A stretch of 64,000 bases of DNA, taken from positions 2,056-66,055 of IMG/VR virus record IMGVR_UViG_3300034019_000517, one strand, 5' to 3'. This stretch comes from a virus. Taxonomy: Duplodnaviria; Caudoviricetes. The translations under genes and the position numbers were made by a program. Under the pieces are notes generated by a model, which worked only from the letters and a program-made list of their open reading frames with translations, was not told the origin of the DNA and did no database searches. This document shows positions 52,610 to 61,504 of the stretch, piece by piece; the stretch's first letter is position 1; every line of letters begins with the position of its first letter.

Positions 52610-54657
52610 TATGGGACCCTATTTCCAATTAAATATACTTTTAACCCTGCACCTGCTACAGTAGAACCAACGGTATCAATATCTATTGTTATTTCAGCAT
52701 CATCAGATAAACCAGTGTCTGAAATAACAGCCGGAGTAGCAGCAGTAGTAGAGGTTTTTTCACTAATGTCAATAGTTAATTTAGTACTTAAAATTGTAGA
52801 ACCGTTTTCATTAATATCTACGGTTAACACAGCACCTGTGGGTGCAGTAGTTACAGAAGCCTTTACAGCTCGTAAACTAAATTTATAAGGCATTCTAAAT
52901 GTTACTTTAGCAGTCCCAGTAGTTAATGCTGTTATTTCATCAGAACATGCAACAATAATTGCTTCTTCAGGATATGCAAAACTTAATCCTCCAGTACCAT
53001 TAGTTGAAAGGAATTGACCAGAGACCCCATCTGCATTAGGAAGTTTAAAAGACACAGATGCAGCTAATGCTGTAGATGCACTTAAGCCTATATAACTACT
53101 ACCATTTGTTGTTGCTTCATAAAAACGAAGTTCTGAAACAGTTGAAGATGTTGCACCATTAACACGAATACCCTGTGAAGCAGTCATATTAATACGTCCA
53201 GTATTCATAACTTGCAGAAGTGATGAATCTGTACTATCATCTGCTGTTATATAAACACCTGTTTTGTTAACGATCAATTCACTATAATCTGGAACTGAAG
53301 TTAAATATATATGAACTTCACCATCAGCACCAGTGAAGTGAAAATCAAAGTTATCTAATTGATGTATTCTATTTGCGACCAACGTTAAATTATCAGTAAA
53401 TAAATTTTGTCCAGTTGGAACAGCTTCTTCAGTTATAACACCTGTAGCAGTTACGCCTAAAAAATAAACAGCTGTTCCTGTGTAAGTTCCACTGCCATAT
53501 TTATTAGCTTTAAGTCCACCAGTAGGAAGTATTTCAAATAATTTATCTGTGAGACCTGGGGCTATGGGATCAGCGCCTTTGGCAAAAATAAAGCTGCCTT
53601 CACCTGCAGAAGATTCGTGAATATACCAAACAACACTTTCTGCACCTGTTAAAAAATTAGGATCTTTCCAAGCTGTATGTAAACCAAAATGAGTAGAATT
53701 GGAAAAGGGAACTGAGTTTAAAATAGAACTATCTCCTATAATAAAACAAGAATCACTAAGAACATATGAAGTATTAGTTAATACAATAGGTCCGGTATTG
53801 GAATTGATTATAGTTTGTCCACTACCAATATTACGCATAGTAAAGTCTCCATTAGTCCCAGAGGCTCTTATAATACGTGCATCGAAGTTAAAGTTACCCG
53901 CTGCTCCTGATTCAGAGTAAAAGTCAATATAAGTATCAGAATCTATTCTTGCTTCTGAAGCATACGCAAACGTATCTCCATAAAAGCCTAAATGTAATTG
54001 ATTAGAGCCTGGATTACGATTGATCATAGCATGATTGACTCTAATATGATCAGTAGTAAAAAAGTCTTGTCTAGAGCTGGATTTTACTTGAAACATACCT
54101 GTTCCAGTCCCAGTTACTCCATTCCAGTTAGTTACAACGTCTTCAGTAAATAGTAAATTTTTACCTGCAAATCCTACACTTCTATGCGCCGCTAAGAAAC
54201 CATTATTACCATAAATATGACTATCAACTGCTTGGTTTACAAGAAAATAAGCAGACATAGGTCTCCATGTATCAACTACTGGGTCATATCCTATAAATAC
54301 TAATTTACTTTGAAGATTTGCTGCAAAGTCTAAATATGTAGCAGATACGGGCTTATTAGTTTGCCAATCTACTAGTGTACCTAATACAAAACCAATAGGG
54401 GTCATGATCGCTTGGTCAGATGCATCAGTATGATCAGCGATTAAAGCATGGGCTCCACCTCCGCCTCCTCCTCCTAATGCGTCTATTTCTGTATAAATAG
54501 CGTCTAACTCTTCATAGATAACGTCTACAAGATTATCTAAATGGTGAAATCTTGGATGAATATCATAGTCCCATTTACGAGCGTCCAGGTGAGTATTGTA
54601 AAGTGGAGTACCTGGCTTTAATAAATGATGGTCTTCCGGTGAATATATTAAGGGCAT
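52609..54657 (-). CDS. Tail fibre protein
   Basis: 682 aa, G/T/S-rich; YIDFY...FDARI and LPNADG.SGQFLSTNGTGGLSF fibre motifs; C-terminal SDE.TALTTG...FRMPY domain. Confidence 0.75.
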   Translation of the reverse strand: MPLIYSPEDHHLLKPGTPLYNTHLDARKWDYDIHPRFHHLDNLVDVIYEELDAIYTEIDALGGGGGGGAHALIADHTDASDQAIMTPIGFVLGTLVDWQTNKPVSATYLDFAANLQSKLVFIGYDPVVDTWRPMSAYFLVNQAVDSHIYGNNGFLAAHRSVGFAGKNLLFTEDVVTNWNGVTGTGTGMFQVKSSSRQDFFTTDHIRVNHAMINRNPGSNQLHLGFYGDTFAYASEARIDSDTYIDFYSESGAAGNFNFDARIIRASGTNGDFTMRNIGSGQTIINSNTGPIVLTNTSYVLSDSCFIIGDSSILNSVPFSNSTHFGLHTAWKDPNFLTGAESVVWYIHESSAGEGSFIFAKGADPIAPGLTDKLFEILPTGGLKANKYGSGTYTGTAVYFLGVTATGVITEEAVPTGQNLFTDNLTLVANRIHQLDNFDFHFTGADGEVHIYLTSVPDYSELIVNKTGVYITADDSTDSSLLQVMNTGRINMTASQGIRVNGATSSTVSELRFYEATTNGSSYIGLSASTALAASVSFKLPNADGVSGQFLSTNGTGGLSFAYPEEAIIVACSDEITALTTGTAKVTFRMPYKFSLRAVKASVTTAPTGAVLTVDINENGSTILSTKLTIDISEKTSTTAATPAVISDTGLSDDAEITIDIDTVGSTVAGAGLKVYLIGNRVP

Positions 54658-55097
54658 TATGTTAGCAAAATATAGAGTGTAGCGCCTTCTACGATGACGG
54701 CTATAATAATGATTTTAGCAACCTTCCATTTGGCTTTTCTTAAAGCTTTCTTAGCCGAGTCTACTTCTTGCTGCATCAGCTTGATCTTCTCTAACAAAAG
54801 CTTTTCAGAACCTGACCAAGACTCGTTTTTTTCATTGAGCCATTTTACTTGTCGCTCTAGTTCTTTCTTTTGGAGCAAATACGTATTTCGTTCTTCAATA
54901 ACTTCTTCTAAATATTGAACAACCGCATTTTTAAATGTAAATTTTTCCCGAATAGTCTTAATATCTTCAATAGGAAAACCTACTAAAGTATCACCATGGA
55001 AAAGAATCTTTACGGGAAAGTTCTGTGCGGATAGCGTCGATATGCTCATCAATAGAGCTAGTAGTATGAATGATATATATTTGGTAATTGTAATCAT
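54657..55097 (-). CDS. Putative spanin-like lysis protein (signal peptide, coiled coil, C-terminal hydrophobic helix)
   Basis: Overlaps the upstream membrane gene by 107 nt in another frame; downstream of the endolysin. Confidence 0.55.
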   Translation of the reverse strand: MITITKYISFILLALLMSISTLSAQNFPVKILFHGDTLVGFPIEDIKTIREKFTFKNAVVQYLEEVIEERNTYLLQKKELERQVKWLNEKNESWSGSEKLLLEKIKLMQQEVDSAKKALRKAKWKVAKIIIIAVIVEGATLYILLT

Positions 55098-55365
55098 TAC
55101 GAATACGTGTTTTAGTAACTTGTATATCAGGAAGAGTAGCTTCTAAAGAATCTACAATTCCATCTGAGTGGATAATTAGTTTATCTAGACTATCTCTTAC
55201 AGCTTGTTCTAAGCCTAACTCTAATGTTATTTCTTTTATTCTGGCTTTTCTAAGTTTCTTTTCAAGACTTAGGTTTTCTTCTAGAATGTCTGTTATCTGT
55301 ATAGATAACCAAACTACTCCAATTATTCCTACAAGAACCAAAATGCTGGTTATATTGCTATTCAT
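54991..55365 (-). CDS. Putative inner-membrane spanin (Rz-like)
   Basis: N-terminal TM helix ILVLVGIIGVVWLSI then coiled coil; directly follows the endolysin. Confidence 0.6.
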   Translation of the reverse strand: MNSNITSILVLVGIIGVVWLSIQITDILEENLSLEKKLRKARIKEITLELGLEQAVRDSLDKLIIHSDGIVDSLEATLPDIQVTKTRIRNDYNYQIYIIHTTSSIDEHIDAIRTELSRKDSFPW

Positions 55366-55808
55366 ACTAATTCAAAATGTACTAGATCATCAAAACCTTG
55401 GTCATACAATAAAACCCCATCTCCGTTCCAATTACCTCCCCAACGTAAGTCATGAGATATTCTTCCCTGAGATTTAAGAATTTTAGCTGCAGATTGCATA
55501 ATGCCGGCAATATAACATAAGTGAGACACGTCGTATGCTAACTTAGTTCGAGTGTTTTTATCAGGATGATAGACAAAGATATCTATGGCTAAAGAAGGAT
55601 TATAGTTATGTTTACCTTTTTTAGTAATTCCGTCTATTTGAGATTTACCCTCTTTAAACAGTTGTTGTTGACGTTCAACAGAACGATGCCCTTCAGCAAT
55701 ACCAAAATCAATTTCAGATAGTTGAAGAGCAAATGTAACAATGCGTCCTAAATCAATATGACAATCTTTTAGTTTGTCTGCAGAGTTTTGTCCTAATTCG
55801 TATCCCAT
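55362..55808 (-). CDS. Endolysin, peptidase M15 (L-Ala-D-Glu peptidase-like)
   Basis: EGHRSVERQQQL, KHNYNPSLAIDI (H...D zinc ligands), RWGGNW, DLVHFEL. Confidence 0.92.
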   Translation of the reverse strand: MGYELGQNSADKLKDCHIDLGRIVTFALQLSEIDFGIAEGHRSVERQQQLFKEGKSQIDGITKKGKHNYNPSLAIDIFVYHPDKNTRTKLAYDVSHLCYIAGIMQSAAKILKSQGRISHDLRWGGNWNGDGVLLYDQGFDDLVHFELV

Positions 55809-56077
55809 TATTTATCTGGTATTACTTCTTTGCTTTTATTATGTCCTCCAATAGAATAATCCACAGGACCTGACATACCGTTTTGTAATGCATTTCCACC
55901 TATGTATGCAGTGCCAATGGCTACTACAACCCAGGCCCAACTAGTAAATGCTTGATGCTTTTCTTCAAATGTAGAAGCTGAACGATCTAACCGGAAATAA
56001 ACAAACGTAACTACAGCAACTAATGCTAGTGCTAAGAAGTACTTACGGGACCTTTTTATTTCTGATATTGATCTCAT
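55808..56077 (-). CDS. Putative holin
   Basis: 89 aa with two TM helices, SRKY N-terminus and YIGGN; directly upstream of the endolysin. Confidence 0.65.
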   Translation of the reverse strand: MRSISEIKRSRKYFLALALVAVVTFVYFRLDRSASTFEEKHQAFTSWAWVVVAIGTAYIGGNALQNGMSGPVDYSIGGHNKSKEVIPDK

Positions 56078-56373
56078 TACTTTCTTTTATATAGTTCTTG
56101 TATGTTAGCATCAATTGTCTCTATTTGTTTCTTAAACGCATTTTGTTCAGACATTTGATGTAACTGGTTAGTTTCAATTCTAATTAGACTATTGCTAATT
56201 TGAGTTTGAAGATCTTTATAAACATCTAGTTCTTTTCTTACTATAGATACTTCTTGTTCTAATAAAGACATTCTAATTTGTGTGTGTACATAAGATCCTA
56301 AAATCCCCGCAGCTAACGTAACAGAAATTGCTAAGACTTGACCAAATGTAATACTTGCATCAAAACGTAGCAT
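56077..56373 (-). CDS. Single-TM coiled-coil protein (lysis-associated, possibly antiholin)
   Basis: TM GQVLAISVTLAAGILGSYV followed by a coiled coil; start of the lysis cassette. Confidence 0.55.
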   Translation of the reverse strand: MLRFDASITFGQVLAISVTLAAGILGSYVHTQIRMSLLEQEVSIVRKELDVYKDLQTQISNSLIRIETNQLHQMSEQNAFKKQIETIDANIQELYKRK

Positions 56374-56855
56374 TAACTATCAAGTTTTATTTTTTCAATA
56401 ACCATTCCGTATGTAATAATATCATTAGCTGCAACACCTGTGATTTCAGCTGTAATTCTAGGAGTACCTGAGGTAAGTGTAATAGTCCCAGTACCTGTTT
56501 GAATTTCATCAGCTATACCATCAAAAGTTATACGTGCATCGTAAACTACTGTAGAACCAGATTGAATTAACATTGTAACATCTACTATAAAATCTTTAGC
56601 ATTTGGTGCAGCTGTAGTATTGTTTTGAATGTTAATAGTCGTACCACCGGTACATTCTAGTTTAATAGTTTTGTTATTTGCATTTCCAGCAGTTGTACCG
56701 CGAAGTTTAATTCGTATACCTTCTCCTGTAGTTATATCAAGAGGCTGAAAACTTAATACGTACGCATCTTCGGTAGCTCCTGCGCTAAGAGTATATGTAG
56801 CAGCACTTTGCGCTACTATGGCATTTTTACCTATACCTGTTCCTGAATAACTCAT
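56373..56855 (-). CDS. Putative virion/fibre-associated beta-rich protein
   Basis: Probable start ATG 56,855 (MSYSG) in TAATG overlap; T/G/I-rich. Confidence 0.6.
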   Translation of the reverse strand: MSYSGTGIGKNAIVAQSAATYTLSAGATEDAYVLSFQPLDITTGEGIRIKLRGTTAGNANNKTIKLECTGGTTINIQNNTTAAPNAKDFIVDVTMLIQSGSTVVYDARITFDGIADEIQTGTGTITLTSGTPRITAEITGVAANDIITYGMVIEKIKLDS

Positions 56856-57916
56856 TATACAATAAACCAATCGGATCCATCTGTTACTAATGTTATAGAC
56901 TTATAGTCTGAATTAAGAACTGCATATAGTCCGCCATCAATTGTTTCTCCACTAGTTGTTGAGATTGTTTGACTATTACTACCTGCATTACCGCCGGAGT
57001 CTTTTATAATTACTCTTGTGCGGTGTGACGCACTTAAAGTAGCTGCGGATGGAAGTATAATGCTTCCAGTGGCCGTTGCTGATCTGGATGATAGAAGTAC
57101 TAATGTACCCTCTAAATCAGAAGCTAATATGGTATAAGGAGTACTTGACGTTGAAATAACTTTGTTTAAGTCATCTAACATAGTATCAATTCCATCCATA
57201 TCAGGGTATACATCAGCACCTGCAAATGCAGCGAGTTCTGCGGCAGAAGCTTTTTCTACTAAACCTTTAACAGTTGTAGTAGCAAGATTTCTGTAACTGT
57301 CTAATACCATGTAGTTAGCGCCCACGGTAGCTTCATCGCCTCCGGTAGCATCATCTACGATACATAGTACTAAATGGTCGATTTCTACTGATTTACCAGA
57401 AGCTCCTCCGATTTTTCCAGCTACGCTAATACGATAAGTATCCCCTGCATTACTAATAGGATAATCAGGATCTGTTGAGGCATCAAAATCTGTAGGAACT
57501 TGAATTGCTCCATCTTGTACAGCATCTACGTATTGTTTAGTTGCAGGATGCATAGCATTAGTAGGATCAGCATGCAGTACAATGTACCCAGTCATAGTTC
57601 CACCGGCTTTAAGTAGTCTTAGTGCATCTGCAGTATCTACATAGTCTTTACGTGTTAAATGTGCTGCTAGTGTTGGAGCAATTCCTGAAATCTGTCCAGT
57701 CATTGTACCACCGGCCAGGGCTAAATATGTATTAGGAACTGTAGTAGTTCTAAATGTGGTATTTAATCCAATGGCAACACCAAATGCAGCATCATTAGTT
57801 AAATAAGTAATCATCTCTTGCCAAGAGATTTTATAGTCTGAACCACCTCTATTTATAGGAAATTCGTCTCCTAGTGCAATAGATCCTGGGTTTGTTTTAC
57901 TGGTTATTGTTGCCAT
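56855..57916 (-). CDS. Tail fibre/spike protein with internal repeat
   Basis: Two copies of AGGTMTG...PT...H...K.YVD; ATTTVKGLV; C-terminal IKDSGGNA...ETIDG...DGSDWFIV domain. Confidence 0.75.
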   Translation of the reverse strand: MATITSKTNPGSIALGDEFPINRGGSDYKISWQEMITYLTNDAAFGVAIGLNTTFRTTTVPNTYLALAGGTMTGQISGIAPTLAAHLTRKDYVDTADALRLLKAGGTMTGYIVLHADPTNAMHPATKQYVDAVQDGAIQVPTDFDASTDPDYPISNAGDTYRISVAGKIGGASGKSVEIDHLVLCIVDDATGGDEATVGANYMVLDSYRNLATTTVKGLVEKASAAELAAFAGADVYPDMDGIDTMLDDLNKVISTSSTPYTILASDLEGTLVLLSSRSATATGSIILPSAATLSASHRTRVIIKDSGGNAGSNSQTISTTSGETIDGGLYAVLNSDYKSITLVTDGSDWFIV

Positions 57917-58329
57917 TATACGAGTTCGTTTGTATCAATTGTGTCGTTGTCGTTCCACTGAATATCAGTACCGGCCGGAGAATTAAATTCCCAAGGTACA
58001 TAATCTGAAGCAGGGGTAGTTACATCCACCCAAGGAGATTGTTTTGGATAAAAACAACACCCAGTCATTTTGGAAATCTGCTCTAAAATATGATCAATTT
58101 CAGCTTCTGTTAGACAGTTTAAAGCCTCTTCTGTTGCGTTTGAAGGATTCTCATAACGCAAAAGGATATCAACCCATTGAGTTAATACCACTAGTTTATT
58201 AGTATCGCATGTTGTATACTGTCCATACTTTATTTTATTCAAGACAAAATCTAAGTACGTCTTTGCGCAACATATAGCCTGATAACGTCTAACTAATAGA
58301 TCATCATCAGACATATATAAAGTTGTCAT
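57916..58329 (-). CDS. Putative tail/fibre-attachment protein
   Basis: 137 aa, Cys-containing (NCLTE, GCC); TAATG-coupled. Confidence 0.55.
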   Translation of the reverse strand: MTTLYMSDDDLLVRRYQAICCAKTYLDFVLNKIKYGQYTTCDTNKLVVLTQWVDILLRYENPSNATEEALNCLTEAEIDHILEQISKMTGCCFYPKQSPWVDVTTPASDYVPWEFNSPAGTDIQWNDNDTIDTNELV

Positions 58330-58781
58330 TAGCCTATAATTGTTACTCTGTAACCAGCAGCTGCATACCCACTAGGTACCCCAGGTACTGTGATGGACAT
58401 AATATTAGTTGCGGCAGAGACTTGAATGGCTGCTAAATGCGTAATCTCATCCCATAAATTAACTGATAAGTTATTAGGGTCGTATAAATTACGTTTTACA
58501 GATATAACATAGTCTGTAGTTTGTAGATAGCTTCCTAAGTTTTCATTATTAAACAAAGTCATATCATCTAAATCAATTGATATTAAATGAGTTGCTCCTA
58601 CGGTTACAAACGTATATTTATTTACAGTTGGATTAGCATTAACACCGGCGGGTCCCTGAGGTCCAGTTATAGACTCTCCTGCGGGTCCTGCAGGTCCTTG
58701 AATACCTTGAATACCTTGAGGTCCGGTAGGGCCTACAGGAAGTTCAAAAGGAGTTACGCCACACGATCCACAATCGCACAT
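58329..58781 (-). CDS. Collagen-repeat virion protein
   Basis: GPTGPQGIQGIQGPAGPAGE...GPQGPAG; N-terminal CDCGSC. Confidence 0.75.
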   Translation of the reverse strand: MCDCGSCGVTPFELPVGPTGPQGIQGIQGPAGPAGESITGPQGPAGVNANPTVNKYTFVTVGATHLISIDLDDMTLFNNENLGSYLQTTDYVISVKRNLYDPNNLSVNLWDEITHLAAIQVSAATNIMSITVPGVPSGYAAAGYRVTIIG

Positions 58782-59359
58782 TAGCCACAGTTATTACAGT
58801 ATTTACTATTTGCACAAAGTTTTGACAACTTTGCTTTAATGTTATCTGCCTCTGTGGTGTTACCACATGAAACATGATATGAAATTCCTCTTAATAGCGC
58901 GAGAGCTAATAAAGCTTCGTCTATTTGATCTGATACACAATCACACCCAGTAAAATCAATGTTGGCAAATAGTTTATCTACACAACATTTAGCACCGCAA
59001 TAAAAATACAACTGTTTTGTAGTTGTATATGTAGTAGTTCCTGTGGTTACAGAGTACACAAACTCATAGAGTCCGTCAGGAAAATTGGTATTTTCACCAA
59101 CTCCTGTGACTAAATCTCCAGTAATTTCGAATGTACTAGTTCCATCAGAAGTGGGAAAATCACTGTACAAATCAATTACAGTTGCAGCGCCTCCTGGAGG
59201 TGTAACACTTAACGTAGCTGCAGTAGCGTCTGCTACGGCTTCGTTTGGGTTACCCCAACCTGTTACATTACTGGCGGCATATGCACCTGTGGTATCGGTA
59301 AACGTCAAAGTCTTGCAATTACAAGACTGACATATGGAGAAATTTAGTTTTGTAGCCAT
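58781..59359 (-). CDS. Cys-rich putative tail hub protein
   Basis: FTDTTGAY...PDGLY; KCCVDK, CDC and C-terminal C..C; structural operon. Confidence 0.6.
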   Translation of the reverse strand: MATKLNFSICQSCNCKTLTFTDTTGAYAASNVTGWGNPNEAVADATAATLSVTPPGGAATVIDLYSDFPTSDGTSTFEITGDLVTGVGENTNFPDGLYEFVYSVTTGTTTYTTTKQLYFYCGAKCCVDKLFANIDFTGCDCVSDQIDEALLALALLRGISYHVSCGNTTEADNIKAKLSKLCANSKYCNNCG

Positions 59360-59360
59360 T

Positions 59361-59397
59361 AAAAATATAAATAGAAGGGAGACCGAAATCTCCCTTC
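59361..59397 (-). terminator. Intrinsic terminator after the capsid genes
   Basis: GAAGGGAGA-N6-TCTCCCTTC hairpin (59,374-59,397) followed on the - strand by TATTTATATTTTT. Confidence 0.75.
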
Positions 59398-59405
59398 GTG
59401 TTTAA

Positions 59406-59780
59406 TTATGCATCAACGTATTCAACATAAAAGTCACAAACACCTGCAGTCAGAGCTGCGGTGCCGATAGTTACTTTTAGATCTCCTTTAGCAGTGAGCT
59501 CAATAGCTTCTGCAGAAGATGCTAGAGCATGAGTATCTCCGGCACCTGTGAAACCTGTATCATACGCAAGGGCACTTGTTAATGCAGTACTACCACATTG
59601 CAAAAGCACAGTTGCAGAGCCGCTAGAAGTAAATGGAGTACGTTCATTAGAAAATACTCGCAATACAATAGCACCGGCCGGCAATGATTCTGTTTTTGCA
59701 GGGGTAATAGTGGAAGCAGTACCACCATCAACAGCGAAGTTATAAGTAATCTTCGCAACTTTAATTCTCATTTTAGACAT
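59406..59780 (-). CDS. Putative capsid decoration protein
   Basis: 124-aa beta-sandwich-like (LPAGAIV...VEY) upstream of the terminator closing the capsid operon. Confidence 0.55.
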   Translation of the reverse strand: MSKMRIKVAKITYNFAVDGGTASTITPAKTESLPAGAIVLRVFSNERTPFTSSGSATVLLQCGSTALTSALAYDTGFTGAGDTHALASSAEAIELTAKGDLKVTIGTAALTAGVCDFYVEYVDA

Positions 59781-59792
59781 TAGTCAATTAGA

Positions 59793-60800
59793 TTAGAGTG
59801 CAACGTTAGAGAATCCTACAGAACTAATATAAGGGTTAAGAATACTTTCGAGATAAGTAGTCATACCTGTATTAGAAACTGGGACAGCAATTAATGTCAC
59901 GTGAGGGAAATCCCTAGTACGAAGCAATTCATCTGTTTTATGACGATCGAAATGTTCGATTGCATAAATATCATATGTTTCACCAGCTACAACATCTTTT
60001 GGATAGTTTGGTACTGGGAATTTGATCAGATTAGTTACACCCATAAAAGCAAGTGCACGACGCTCCAAGTCTTCAACCAAAGCTGCAGTACCTACTCCAG
60101 GAGAAGGGTTTACAGATTGATTACCAGTGGCAGTTTGAGATCCATTAGTTTGGATATAACCGAACTGGTCAACAGGAACAGTAGAATCAAAACCTTTATC
60201 GATGGCAATTTCAAAACGAACTTGCATGTAGTCATCAATAAATTGTTTAGTTAAAGCCAACCCTGTGATACGGATACCGTAATCAGCACCAGAGTTAACT
60301 GTAGCAGCTACTGCTTGACGTGCGAATTCTGCATCAGCATTCATCAACGCTACAAAAGCAGCAGCGATTTCAGCTTGAGTTGCAGAAGCATCAGAAGTGT
60401 AATGGTAAGTACGTTTTGCTGGTTGTTTACTCCACAATTCTTTGTCGTGTTTGAAAACAACACTCAAAGAGTATTCAGTAGAGTTGCTTGCATTAATAGC
60501 ACCTGCGTTGGTATTGTAACCAATATAGGATACTTGTTGTACAGCAGCAGCATACGAAGTACCGGCGAATTTAGTAATATTTTTGCCTACAATTTTAGCA
60601 GACATTTTGTGTGCATTACCGGATGCATTACCCTTAACGATATAAATCTCAGGAGCATCCTCAGTGGTGTCACCTGGGGTAAGTGGAGTAAATGTATTAT
60701 CCACTACCAACAGTTCACCTTCAGCAATATCAGTAAGACCAGTCGCGTCACTTGTGACACCGGCTTTTCCGATAAGGATTCTGTAAATGTAATCAGTCAT
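59793..60800 (-). CDS. Putative auxiliary capsid protein
   Basis: 335 aa; YAAAVQQV, PGVGT...V.DLE, YP...TYD motifs; syntenic with the crAss-like auxiliary capsid gene. Confidence 0.65.
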   Translation of the reverse strand: MTDYIYRILIGKAGVTSDATGLTDIAEGELLVVDNTFTPLTPGDTTEDAPEIYIVKGNASGNAHKMSAKIVGKNITKFAGTSYAAAVQQVSYIGYNTNAGAINASNSTEYSLSVVFKHDKELWSKQPAKRTYHYTSDASATQAEIAAAFVALMNADAEFARQAVAATVNSGADYGIRITGLALTKQFIDDYMQVRFEIAIDKGFDSTVPVDQFGYIQTNGSQTATGNQSVNPSPGVGTAALVEDLERRALAFMGVTNLIKFPVPNYPKDVVAGETYDIYAIEHFDRHKTDELLRTRDFPHVTLIAVPVSNTGMTTYLESILNPYISSVGFSNVAL

Positions 60801-60814
60801 TACAAGTTGTTTTG

Positions 60815-61504
60815 TTATTCTTGTTTGTTTAATTCATTGAGTATTTTTTGATACTCAGCCGAAGATTGTGTAGTTCGAATAGCTGATGCTACTGCGGTTT
60901 TAACAACTTCTTGGTGAAGGTAATCCGGTAACTCACAATCTACATCCAAAGATAAACTAATTCTCTGTGGTTTTCTAATGTAACGTAACTTATAATTAGT
61001 TATTGTTACACCCGTAGGGAATATAAGTTCAGCACTGTTTTGATACATGAGTCTTAGAAGTTCCTTCTTAGACGGCCCTTTGAATGGATCCCTGATTACT
61101 TTCGTGTATTTATCATGTGTAATTGGTTTTACATTGATACGAGAAGTAGTAGACGCTCCTGAACAGTCCTCATATGATATATTTGCTTCCTCATTTATGG
61201 CGAACCAATAATCAGTAGGCAAAGTAAAAAAGAGGGCATTAGGCTTGTTTGCCACATTAACGGCTTCTGGTAAAATAGTAACATCTGTGATCAACACACG
61301 CAAGTCATCTGTACGTTTTTGAGTTTCCTCTAGCGCTTGAGACTTAGCATCCACCCGGCCTGAATAGCGTTGTTTTACCAACACATCTTGTCCTTCTTCA
61401 TTTAGGAAGTAATCAATATGTTCAGGTTCGAAATTAGGAAAGTTTAAAGTATCTTCTTTGTCAAGAAGAATCTTAAAACTTGTATGCATTTCAGCAACTG
61501 TCAT
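60815..61504 (-). CDS. Head-tail ring protein
   Basis: MTVAEMH..F....DK, EETQKRTDDLRVL, LRYIRKP, CELP..LHQEVV..AV pattern. Confidence 0.7.
   Translation of the reverse strand: MTVAEMHTSFKILLDKEDTLNFPNFEPEHIDYFLNEEGQDVLVKQRYSGRVDAKSQALEETQKRTDDLRVLITDVTILPEAVNVANKPNALFFTLPTDYWFAINEEANISYEDCSGASTTSRINVKPITHDKYTKVIRDPFKGPSKKELLRLMYQNSAELIFPTGVTITNYKLRYIRKPQRISLSLDVDCELPDYLHQEVVKTAVASAIRTTQSSAEYQKILNELNKQE

Noticed and set aside
51770-57916. Diversity-generating retroelement or invertible cassette acting on fibre genes
   Set aside because: No reverse transcriptase, recombinase, template/variable repeat pair or inverted repeats seen in the window.
58650-58737. Short DNA repeats (TTGAATACC x2, GGTCC units)
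   Set aside because: Explained by collagen Gly-X-Y coding; not a CRISPR array or regulatory repeat.
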